From Turneriella sp. (lineage in GTDB: Bacteria; Spirochaetota; Leptospiria; Turneriellales; Turneriellaceae), in the NCBI GenBank assembly GCA_965279515.1, contig CBDIID010000003.1:320001-384000 (forward strand): a DNA stretch of 64,000 nucleotides, given 5' to 3'. The notes beneath the pieces were generated by a model. It saw only the letters and a program-made list of their open reading frames with translations. It was not told the origin of the DNA and did not search any database. The position numbers and the translations under genes were made by a program. This document shows, piece after piece, positions 56,028 through 64,000 of this stretch; the stretch's first letter is position 1; the number at the start of each line of letters is the position of its first letter.

Positions 56028-57461
56028 ATGAAGGGAAGAAACATTGTCCTGTCGTTCATTTTCGCAATACCAACAATTTACGGCATTTCAAAACATCTGG
56101 CGCCTTACGGGGCGAAGAACTTCCCTGATCACTACAGCGAAGCGGTCGATGCGTATTTTACCGCTGAGAAGCTCGTGCGCGCCGGGCAGTACGGCAGGGC
56201 CTCGGAAATTTTAACCGCATTCTGGGCGAAATATCCCCAGGGAAATGCAGCGTGGCAACAGCTACCACAGCAAGCCGGCGGTATTTTCACCGGGCATCCG
56301 CCCGCCTATGCTTCACTGCAAATGCTCACGAAAATTGCCGAGACCTTTGCCCAGGGCCTGCCCCGCCCGCGTGAGACGCTTGCGTTCACAGTTGTGTTGC
56401 CGCAGAACTCGACGGGGTTTGATCCCGCCAATGAGCAGGAATTGCGCGACAACCGGGGAACGCCGGTGACACACCACCTCGACCCGCGCATTTCGGCTGG
56501 CAAGTACCGCGCCGTGGACGAGTCGCTCTGGCTGTTCCAGGAATATCTCGGCGCCTTAACGGGGGGTGAAGCCCGCTTCACAGTCAGATATGTGCCCCTG
56601 AAAATTTCAATCCCCATTGTCACCGGCACTTCGTCCAAGGGCACCATTACCAGCAGGCCTGCAGATGAGGGCTACCGCCAGATCTGGGCAAGCATCGGGG
56701 CGCAGGTACGGCAACGCACCGATTTCTGGATGATCGTCTACCCCTCACATAAACCGGAGAATGCGGCTTTGCGAGAATCCCTTTATATTACCGGTGGCGG
56801 CATGGGGCGTGGCCCCGATGGCAGTCCGTGCATCATCGTCGATGACATGTTCCTTTTGCGCGCGCAGCCGCATTTCAAAGTCGCCGAGAAGGATTTTGAT
56901 GCGCTCGAACGCCGCCTCTATCTGCCGCAATTCATGCAACATGAGTTCTTTCATTACCTGTTCGCGATGTATCCGGAGTTTGGCTTGGAAGCAGAGAGCC
57001 ACCAATGGCACCAGCGCTCTGCCTGGCCGTCTGATTTTCAGGGAATCGTTGAGTCAGATTATTACCAGGAAAGTTTTGAGAAACGCATCCGCGCGGCGGC
57101 TGTTCCGACCATTGCCAAATTGCGTTTTCAGGGGCCTCAGGATAATCTCTTGCGGGCCATCGAGCCCGCACAAATAGCGGGGCGTTACAGCCGCGAGCCG
57201 GTACAAAATGGCTGGCATAACGGCACGATCACCGTTGGGGAAAATTCCCTGCTATGGAAAAACACAGCCGGCGCGCTCTGGAACCTGCAATGGAACCAAA
57301 AAGGTGAGCTGATCACGGGCGATGATAATCCGTATTTTAAATCAAATCCGGCGAGCGGGCGCTCATTCAGAATTCGCCTGAAACGCGATGCTGCGGGTAA
57401 GTACACCACAGCCATCGACGGCTTTATGTTTCAGGATGAATTTTACCGGAAAGTCGAATAG
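56028..57461 (+). CDS. Hypothetical exported protein with HExxH motif
   Basis: N-terminal hydrophobic segment; QHEFFH. Confidence 0.7.
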   Translation: MKGRNIVLSFIFAIPTIYGISKHLAPYGAKNFPDHYSEAVDAYFTAEKLVRAGQYGRASEILTAFWAKYPQGNAAWQQLPQQAGGIFTGHPPAYASLQMLTKIAETFAQGLPRPRETLAFTVVLPQNSTGFDPANEQELRDNRGTPVTHHLDPRISAGKYRAVDESLWLFQEYLGALTGGEARFTVRYVPLKISIPIVTGTSSKGTITSRPADEGYRQIWASIGAQVRQRTDFWMIVYPSHKPENAALRESLYITGGGMGRGPDGSPCIIVDDMFLLRAQPHFKVAEKDFDALERRLYLPQFMQHEFFHYLFAMYPEFGLEAESHQWHQRSAWPSDFQGIVESDYYQESFEKRIRAAAVPTIAKLRFQGPQDNLLRAIEPAQIAGRYSREPVQNGWHNGTITVGENSLLWKNTAGALWNLQWNQKGELITGDDNPYFKSNPASGRSFRIRLKRDAAGKYTTAIDGFMFQDEFYRKVE

Positions 57462-57471
57462 CAGCGCAGGC

Positions 57472-58014
57472 TTAGAAAAACGTATAACCGACACCCATAG
57501 CCGCCCAGAAGTGGTGTTTCGGACCCGGGATAAAGGCGTGCAGGCACTGCAAACTGATCGTTACACCGGAGCTCTGGAATAGAGGCAGGTCATAGTCGAG
57601 TCCATAACTGATGCCAACCCCGGCGGTTGCCTTAATACCCATGGTCTGATCATGTATGCCGCCGAGCCCTGCCGCACCCTTCGCGACAAGGCGGTTATTC
57701 CAGATAGGTTTTTTGAGCATCAGCATCCAGCCGCCCACCAAATGCTCTCCGCCTGAAGGCATGGCAAAACCCTTCGACTGGATAAACGTATGGTCGAGCG
57801 CAACGGTGATCTGGCTTTTTCGGAAGGTGCCGCCAATCTCCATATTATGGAACAGGCCACCTGAAGTCGGGCCATAACCCCAGCCGATCTGCGCCTGAAA
57901 GTGAAAACCGCCACGCACCGGAAGAGGTGAAACAATATCTTGGCTTGTCGCCTCAGCAAAAATAAAATTTTGCATCATCAGGACGATTACGCCGAAAATC
58001 TTTAAAGAACGCAC
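57472..58014 (-). CDS. Small outer-membrane beta-barrel-like protein
   Basis: Signal peptide, Gly/aromatic alternating strands, C-terminal GVGYTFF. Confidence 0.65.
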   Translation of the reverse strand: MRSLKIFGVIVLMMQNFIFAEATSQDIVSPLPVRGGFHFQAQIGWGYGPTSGGLFHNMEIGGTFRKSQITVALDHTFIQSKGFAMPSGGEHLVGGWMLMLKKPIWNNRLVAKGAAGLGGIHDQTMGIKATAGVGISYGLDYDLPLFQSSGVTISLQCLHAFIPGPKHHFWAAMGVGYTFF

Positions 58015-58035
58015 GGCTGACCCCCTACCCGCTAT

Positions 58036-59724
58036 ATGATTCGTAAATATGTATTTATTTTTTTCTCTCTATTGCTCGTACCCGCCTTCGCCCAAAAGGG
58101 GACTCCGGGGCTCGGCATCGAAGATGAACTGAACCTGAATAGAGAGAAACAAAAAAAGAAGAAAAAGAAAGCAGAAACAAAAGAAGGCGATGATATCGCC
58201 GATAAGAATACAACGGTTGAGGGCGAAGACGAGCAATATGCCCCCCCGCGCAAAAGCGATATCGAGCTGCCCAAAGTTTCTGAAGGACAGCTCAGCCGCT
58301 GGGAAGACGAGGTGCGCGACCTCAACCAAAGCGAGCGCCGCGGCACGAAGATGCTCGAACGCAAGGCGCAGATCAAGGCCGAGTATGGCACGCAGAACAC
58401 GCTGGGTGCGCAGATTTTCGTCACGAAAAAAGACGAGTTTGGCGCCTACCTCATCGAGTACAAACGCAACAAATATGACTATGAGGCCTTTGGCACCGAT
58501 GTCGTGACAAACTCGGCGCTGTCGCATGATGCTTTAAAACTTTTGGGGCAGCTCAACTTTTCACAGAGCTACAAGATGCTGCTGCGCACAGAATATAAGG
58601 AGACCGACCGCGGGCTGCAGACCAATGCCATTTACGGCAATGAAAATAAGAAACTCGGCGTCTTCCAGTGGGATAACCAGATTCGGCCGGGGGATAACCA
58701 ACGCATCACGGCCGGCATCACAGGTACCCTGGCGAAAGGCTCGGTCACACAGACCGGTACTAATATTAACCAAAATGCGGATTTCAAAAGTATCAAGGCC
58801 GCACTCGAATGGCAATACATCTTCGGCGAGCGTAATGCACTGACGCTCTCGAGCGATCTCTGGTATGGCGAAAATACCGACTACCTGACCGGTGTGCCGC
58901 AGTATTACCGCGCAGGCAATGCCGAAGCCCGCAATGTTTTTCCGCTCGCGCGATTTTTAGTGGGTAGCGATAACCAGTCGCTGCAGATCGATGCTACCGT
59001 CGGCGCCAAAGTATTTTTCGCGCAGGGATTTTCCCCCGTCATCGGCCCGCGCATCGCTCTCGATTTTTTTTACCCCGGCTACCAGGGCACCTTTGAAGTC
59101 GAGCGCACCGGCCAGATACCCGATACGGAAAAATACTTCTTCGCCCCACTTTATCAATCCCCCTACCGGTTTTACCAGGCCGAAGATGGATGGAAGATGG
59201 CGGCAAAAAACAATTTCCACCTGACTAAAGAGACCCACCTGAAGGTTTCGGCGACGCTGTTGAATCTGCCGGTTTATTTCGACCGCCGGCTCGATGCGGC
59301 AACCGGCCTCTTGACGCTGACGCCGATGAACTACCGCGCCGTGCAGGGTACGGTTTCATTCGCGCAGAATTTCGGGACGGATTTTTACCACGATACCGGG
59401 TTGGAAACCGAATGGTTTATTGACAGTGCCTCGCTGCGCGAACCGCTGTCGCTCTTCACACGGCTGCATTTCACGCCGCGCAACTGGGATTTCAGCCTCG
59501 ACCTGAAGTACATACACCAGCGGCGCGAAGTCGACCTGGCAACGCTGGCGAGCACAACACTTTCAGGTTACGTGCTTCTGGGCGCCGGGGTGGAACGCAC
59601 GCTCTTGCCCTCGGTTAAAATCTTCATCCGGGGTGAGAATTTATTCCATCAAAAGTACCAATTCGTCTCGCTTTATCAGGCTTCGGGCGCCCGGGCGTGG
59701 TTTGGGCTTAACATGGTTTATTGA
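58036..59724 (+). CDS. Large outer-membrane beta-barrel (TonB-receptor-like C-terminus)
   Basis: Signal peptide; terminal 'Y.LLG.G......V.IF..GENLF..KY.....Y...G...WFGL...Y'. Confidence 0.7.
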   Translation: MIRKYVFIFFSLLLVPAFAQKGTPGLGIEDELNLNREKQKKKKKKAETKEGDDIADKNTTVEGEDEQYAPPRKSDIELPKVSEGQLSRWEDEVRDLNQSERRGTKMLERKAQIKAEYGTQNTLGAQIFVTKKDEFGAYLIEYKRNKYDYEAFGTDVVTNSALSHDALKLLGQLNFSQSYKMLLRTEYKETDRGLQTNAIYGNENKKLGVFQWDNQIRPGDNQRITAGITGTLAKGSVTQTGTNINQNADFKSIKAALEWQYIFGERNALTLSSDLWYGENTDYLTGVPQYYRAGNAEARNVFPLARFLVGSDNQSLQIDATVGAKVFFAQGFSPVIGPRIALDFFYPGYQGTFEVERTGQIPDTEKYFFAPLYQSPYRFYQAEDGWKMAAKNNFHLTKETHLKVSATLLNLPVYFDRRLDAATGLLTLTPMNYRAVQGTVSFAQNFGTDFYHDTGLETEWFIDSASLREPLSLFTRLHFTPRNWDFSLDLKYIHQRREVDLATLASTTLSGYVLLGAGVERTLLPSVKIFIRGENLFHQKYQFVSLYQASGARAWFGLNMVY

Positions 59725-59752
59725 CGGTGCGTGTTTTTCTCTGGATTCACCC

Positions 59753-60685
59753 ATGATGGCTTGTTTTACGCAGAAATTCATATTTTTCGTGGGTATTTTG
59801 GGCATCGGAAACGCCCTTTTCGCCCATTCGGTCGAGATTCCCGGCGGGGCGAAGAGTCTTAAACCCGGACGCTATACCGCCATCGTCAAACTGGACCGTC
59901 CGCGTGCAGCGAAAGAAGGCGTCGAAGCCGATATCATCGTACCGGCCGGGTTGTCATCCCCCGCACCGGTGATTGTTTTTATCCACGGCAATGCCCGCAA
60001 TAAGGATTTCTATAAGAGCGCAGCGAATTTTTTGCTGGCGCCTGCGGCGGTGCGCAAGGCCGTCGTCATTACGATACAGAACTGGTGGCCGCTCTCGGGT
60101 GATAAACTCGAGGCCACCGAAGATACGCGCCGGGCACTCAACCTGCTGATCCATAAGCTTGTCGATGCGGGCGCAATCCAGGGCAAACATGTCTACTTGA
60201 GCGGCTTTTCGGCCGGCGGCCTCGCGGCCTTGGCAACCTTCTTACAGAGCACGGATCACTTCCGCAACGAAGCCTACAAAAATAAATTCATCACTTCCTG
60301 GGCTGCGCTGATTAAGGCTTCCAAAAAAGATCCGGAGGATTATTTTTATAATTTCCGTAACCCCGGCAAGGAAGCGGGATTTTATCCTTATGCTGGCGTT
60401 GTCTTCATAAAAGGGAATTTCTACAACAAGTTTTTCTCGTTTGTCAACGATCCGATCTTAAACGCCGACGAAACCCGAAAGCACTACGCGGCCTTAACCT
60501 GGGATAAAAAGATCATCCTCACCGTGGGTGGCGATAAAGAAGCCAAGGATGTGGTGAAAGAAGTACCCGCCTGCCGCGCGTTCTTAAAGAACCTCGGCAT
60601 GCGCCTCGACTACCATGAATTCGGCGACGAAGGCCACAATATCGATAAGTCGAGTGTCGAATTGCTCTGGCAGATGATGCCTTAG
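59753..60685 (+). CDS. Exported alpha/beta hydrolase
   Basis: PVIVFIHG, YLSGFSAGG nucleophile elbow, G..D, EGH. Confidence 0.8.
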   Translation: MMACFTQKFIFFVGILGIGNALFAHSVEIPGGAKSLKPGRYTAIVKLDRPRAAKEGVEADIIVPAGLSSPAPVIVFIHGNARNKDFYKSAANFLLAPAAVRKAVVITIQNWWPLSGDKLEATEDTRRALNLLIHKLVDAGAIQGKHVYLSGFSAGGLAALATFLQSTDHFRNEAYKNKFITSWAALIKASKKDPEDYFYNFRNPGKEAGFYPYAGVVFIKGNFYNKFFSFVNDPILNADETRKHYAALTWDKKIILTVGGDKEAKDVVKEVPACRAFLKNLGMRLDYHEFGDEGHNIDKSSVELLWQMMP

Positions 60686-60693
60686 GCGCTCAC

Positions 60694-60722
60694 TTCGACT
60701 CCGCTTAGTGAGCGAAGTCGAA
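60694..60722. repeat. REP-like hairpin between convergent genes
   Basis: TTCGACTCCGCTT-AGT-GAGCGAAGTCGAA. Confidence 0.6.
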
Positions 60723-60730
60723 CCGTCCGC

Positions 60731-62035
60731 TTAAAGAACGTCCATAAATGCTGAAACGCTGAAAACAGCCTTGCCCACGCCCGCTTCGCCATAACCCGGG
60801 GGTATAGGCAAGGCATACTTGCGGTGGATCGCGCGGTAATTACGTAACAGTTTGAGATAATACGGCAAGGGTGGTGGCGCCGAAATTTCTCCGAGCGGCG
60901 TAAAGGGTTCGGGACACCATGTAGTGAAGCGCGGCACGATGCCTTTGCTCATAAAAAAATCCAACCCTTCTGAGGTGGATGCGACGGCTGCATCGACGTC
61001 GCTAAAACCAACGCCGTCGGCCATCTCGACGCCGCCGACAAAATTCGGTATAACATGTTGCGCACCAAAGACATCGGCCGAGGCCACAACACGGCGGATC
61101 CAGTTGTCGCGGCCGATAAAACGTTCTTTGCCGGGGCAGATTTTCTTGAAGAGTTCGGCATCCCACACTTCATAATTGGGATGGTAAATTTTCACCCCGG
61201 CATCGACGGCTTTTTTGCAGTCGTCGGTTTCCCATGCCTGAATCACCATCTTAGAGATAAAACGTTCTTTGAGGGCATCGCTCATCGCACGCGGGTATTG
61301 CAGGTAGAATTCGATTTCATCTTTCCCCTGCAGTTTGCCCGTGACCGAGCCGCCCGTGATCGTAAACGCGCGCGCGACAGAATCAGTCGCCGCAATACGC
61401 TCCAGCGCTTCGACGAGGTGCGCCGGGTCTTTGACGCCGGTGTAGGGCCGGCCCTCGCGCTTTTGCTGGCGCCAGTTATGATTGATGTCGCAGAACTGGC
61501 ACTCCTCGTCTTTGCCAAAATACTGGCAGTTGCGGAAGACGGTGAGATAGATGAGATAGCCCCATTCTATGGCCGGGGCAACTTCGCCGATCGGTTTATC
61601 AAAACTGAATTTTTCGTTGTAATAGGCCGGCACCGGCGGATAGAGCGCGTTGCCAATCGCTTCACTCCCGAGAAAAAGCCGCACGGCACCTGTTTCGTCG
61701 GCGTCGAGTTTATACGGCGAATCGGGGTTCAGACGCACGGAGATCACCGTCGGCTGCAACGCCGAGATTCCCGGCGTGAGGCTATCGGTAAAGATGCGTA
61801 TCTCTTCGGGCACGCGCGTATGCTCGGGAATATCCTTGAGCGGCGCGCGGTCGAAGGTGAAGATGAAGTAATCTTTTTTCTTGAAATCTGAGGCCGCAAG
61901 CGCCGCGGCGGTGAAAGTCAGTCCCTGACGCAGGACATCCTGCTTGACGACCGCTTCGAAAGGCAGGTCGGAAAATTCAATTTGCCAGAGTTTTAACAGC
62001 GTCTCTGCGGTGTACGCGTCGCGTACGGCGATCAT
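60731..62035 (-). CDS. Radical SAM protein with CX8CX2C motif
   Basis: CQYFGKDEECQFC, ITGG, HPNYEVWD.ELF..ICPGK. Confidence 0.85.
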   Translation of the reverse strand: MIAVRDAYTAETLLKLWQIEFSDLPFEAVVKQDVLRQGLTFTAAALAASDFKKKDYFIFTFDRAPLKDIPEHTRVPEEIRIFTDSLTPGISALQPTVISVRLNPDSPYKLDADETGAVRLFLGSEAIGNALYPPVPAYYNEKFSFDKPIGEVAPAIEWGYLIYLTVFRNCQYFGKDEECQFCDINHNWRQQKREGRPYTGVKDPAHLVEALERIAATDSVARAFTITGGSVTGKLQGKDEIEFYLQYPRAMSDALKERFISKMVIQAWETDDCKKAVDAGVKIYHPNYEVWDAELFKKICPGKERFIGRDNWIRRVVASADVFGAQHVIPNFVGGVEMADGVGFSDVDAAVASTSEGLDFFMSKGIVPRFTTWCPEPFTPLGEISAPPPLPYYLKLLRNYRAIHRKYALPIPPGYGEAGVGKAVFSVSAFMDVL

Positions 62036-62089
62036 GCGCCAAAGTATAGCTTGTTCTTGTCCGGTCGTCTCAAAAGTATTTCTGACCCC

Positions 62090-62968
62090 ATGAAGAAATT
62101 CGCCGTCTTCGTGCTGGTTTATACCCTGGCCGTAATCTTGTTCGGCGCCTATGTGCGTATTTCGGGCTCGGGCGCCGGTTGCGGCGAGCACTGGCCTAGC
62201 TGCGAGGGCGAGGTCATGCCGGGTGACCTGTTCAAAAACCATGCAAAAACCATTGAGTTCACGCACCGTACCACCAGCGGGCTTTCGGGCGTCTTTGTCA
62301 TCATCCTTGCCATTGGTGCTTATGCAGCCAAGGCCAGCCCCTCGGCGAAGCGCTGGGCCATGATTTCATTGGTGCTCATCATTACCGAAGGGCTTTTGGG
62401 CGCTTCCCTCGTGTTATTCAAATGGGTTGGGCTCGATGCGTCGCGCGGCCGTGGCATCATGATGCCGCTGCACCTGGGGAATACCTATCTCTTACTCACG
62501 GCGCTCACGCAGACCGTGCGCGCTTTTTATAATCCGCAGGCGATTTACAGATTTGTCGCAAACCGTGCCGTCAAGATCGGCGCCCTGTTGCTGTTTGTGA
62601 CCGGCATGTTCGGCGCACTGGCAGCGCTGGGTGATACACTTTTCCCCGGCACCCGCGGCCTCGTCACCGAAGGGCATACGTACCTGAAGCTCAGAAACAT
62701 CCATCCCTTTCTCGCGGTGCTGACTATTGGCCACATTCTGGCGGTGGCGGTGCGCCAGAGGGATCTATACCGTACCCAGGTTTTCGGCCGTTATGCGATC
62801 TGCGACGTGATTCTGTTTCTGACGGCGCTGCAAGGCATCATCGGTGTAGTCAATATTATTCTCAGCGCGCCTCCCTTCATGCAGATTGCCCACCTCTTGG
62901 GTTCCGATACCCTGTGGATTTTTTACGGGATCTGGCTTTTTGAAGAACATGAAAATACCTTACGATAA
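62090..62968 (+). CDS. COX15/CtaA (heme A synthase) family protein
   Basis: G.YVR..GSG.GC..WP.C, EFTHR, further His residues in TM helices. Confidence 0.85.
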   Translation: MKKFAVFVLVYTLAVILFGAYVRISGSGAGCGEHWPSCEGEVMPGDLFKNHAKTIEFTHRTTSGLSGVFVIILAIGAYAAKASPSAKRWAMISLVLIITEGLLGASLVLFKWVGLDASRGRGIMMPLHLGNTYLLLTALTQTVRAFYNPQAIYRFVANRAVKIGALLLFVTGMFGALAALGDTLFPGTRGLVTEGHTYLKLRNIHPFLAVLTIGHILAVAVRQRDLYRTQVFGRYAICDVILFLTALQGIIGVVNIILSAPPFMQIAHLLGSDTLWIFYGIWLFEEHENTLR

Positions 62969-63725
62969 ACCGTTCGGCGCTTTTCTACGCTACATTAGAG
63001 AGGCGTACCCGGCCGCCGAATACGGCGAAGCTTTTATTCCGATGATCGCGCATAAGGCGACCGCGGGGTATGTGCTCGAAAAATATTTCCCGGAACTAAT
63101 GCCTGAATTTGTCAAACGCAACGGCGAATTCGTTTACGCAATCTCTGAACCCGGGTGGGCGAATTCACCGCTGAACATCAAGAGTACGCTTACGAAACAC
63201 GACGACGGCTCATTTGAACTCTATGCGCATAAAGCGTTTATCCTCGACGGCGACCTCGGTATCTTCGTTACAAAATTCGAAAAGGAATACGCCCTGGTTA
63301 TGGTCGATACCGACTATTACCGCAGTTTTCGCGTGCCGCTCGAAATGCCCGAGGCGACATTCCGCGTCTCTGCCGATCGTTTTATCACGCATTATAAAGC
63401 CGAATTCACCGCAAATCTCGGTTCTGCGCTTTACCGTACTATTTCAAAACGCGAAGTCCTGTTATTATCGCGCACGATTGTTTTTCGCGAACAGGTCGCC
63501 TATTCGATACTCGCTGCCGCTGAAGCCGCCAAAAGCGCCGACATGAGTGCCATCGATTCCCGGGTAGAACTTTTGTGCGAGCGCGCCAAAGAAGAACCGG
63601 GTCAGGACGACATCGCCGTGGCACGTGAGATTTTATCCGCGGCAATCGTGCGCATTCTCGCGCAGCCGAATACCCATGGCTTCTGGAAGTGGTTAGGCAG
63701 GTTTGTTAAGCCGACTTCGTCTTAA
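62949..63725 (+). CDS. Hypothetical protein with acyl-CoA dehydrogenase middle-domain-like segment
   Basis: 'YAISEPG......IKSTL......F.L...K.FI'. Confidence 0.55.
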   Translation: MKIPYDKPFGAFLRYIREAYPAAEYGEAFIPMIAHKATAGYVLEKYFPELMPEFVKRNGEFVYAISEPGWANSPLNIKSTLTKHDDGSFELYAHKAFILDGDLGIFVTKFEKEYALVMVDTDYYRSFRVPLEMPEATFRVSADRFITHYKAEFTANLGSALYRTISKREVLLLSRTIVFREQVAYSILAAAEAAKSADMSAIDSRVELLCERAKEEPGQDDIAVAREILSAAIVRILAQPNTHGFWKWLGRFVKPTSS

Positions 63726-64000
63726 CACTGAAAGAATCGAAAAATTCCATATCGCTCTCGGAAAGCCTGTCTTTGCTGAGGCCCATCTGGGCGAAATAAC
63801 CGCCGAGAATGCCGAGGTGAATCCTTTCATCGTCTTCACCGCTTCTTAAGCCCTGGTCTTTGGCGATACTTTCTGAATATTGCTGCATGACGCTGTCGAT
63901 GAATGCCTGTGTTTTTTCCGTAAAAATGAGACAGGCGGCGATAAAATCGAAGATCACGGTTTCGCAAATCTTTTCAAAATCAACTTCGTTTTTTTCCCAA
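63706..64000 (-). CDS. Hypothetical protein, 5' end outside the window
   Basis: Frame is open from the window edge to the stop at 63706. Confidence 0.55.
   Translation of the reverse strand, partial: WEKNEVDFEKICETVIFDFIAACLIFTEKTQAFIDSVMQQYSESIAKDQGLRSGEDDERIHLGILGGYFAQMGLSKDRLSESDMEFFDSFSVKTKSA

Noticed and set aside
1..64000. CRISPR arrays, tRNA/rRNA, IS elements, prophage or canonical defence systems
   Set aside because: No spaced direct repeats, cloverleafs, transposase, integrase or phage motifs were seen by eye.

Overview
A densely coding bacterial chromosome segment with about 60 CDSs. I found no rRNA, tRNA, CRISPR array, transposase or prophage. The spirochaete-type FlaB, the long FliD, spirochaetal lipoprotein signals and moderately high GC suggest Leptospiraceae, possibly Turneriella-like (inference). 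Core genes include dnaK (partial), dnaJ, pgi, gyrA, ispH, fumC, fliD, pth, gmk-miaA-hfq, manC, flaB, tgt, a DEAD-box helicase and a COX15/CtaA protein. The most unusual elements are: (1) a Tgt fused to an MnmC/MnmD-like SAM methyltransferase, a candidate route to an undescribed tRNA wobble modification; (2) a ~266-nt 6S-like RNA with a large branched apical domain, ending 10 nt before an orphan ECF sigma gene; (3) a 1025-aa tandem-AAA+/vWA protein resembling eukaryotic VWA8/midasin, 1 nt upstream of an SRPBCC-zinc-ribbon adenylate cyclase; (4) a probable CHAT caspase-like protease overlapping a TPR gene between ispH and gyrA; (5) two tandem secreted Zn-phospholipase C/P1-like paralogs sharing a conserved promoter footprint; (6) a ~360-nt hairpin-rich flaB leader with CsrA-like sites. 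All family assignments come from motifs recognised by eye. No database search or folding program was run.
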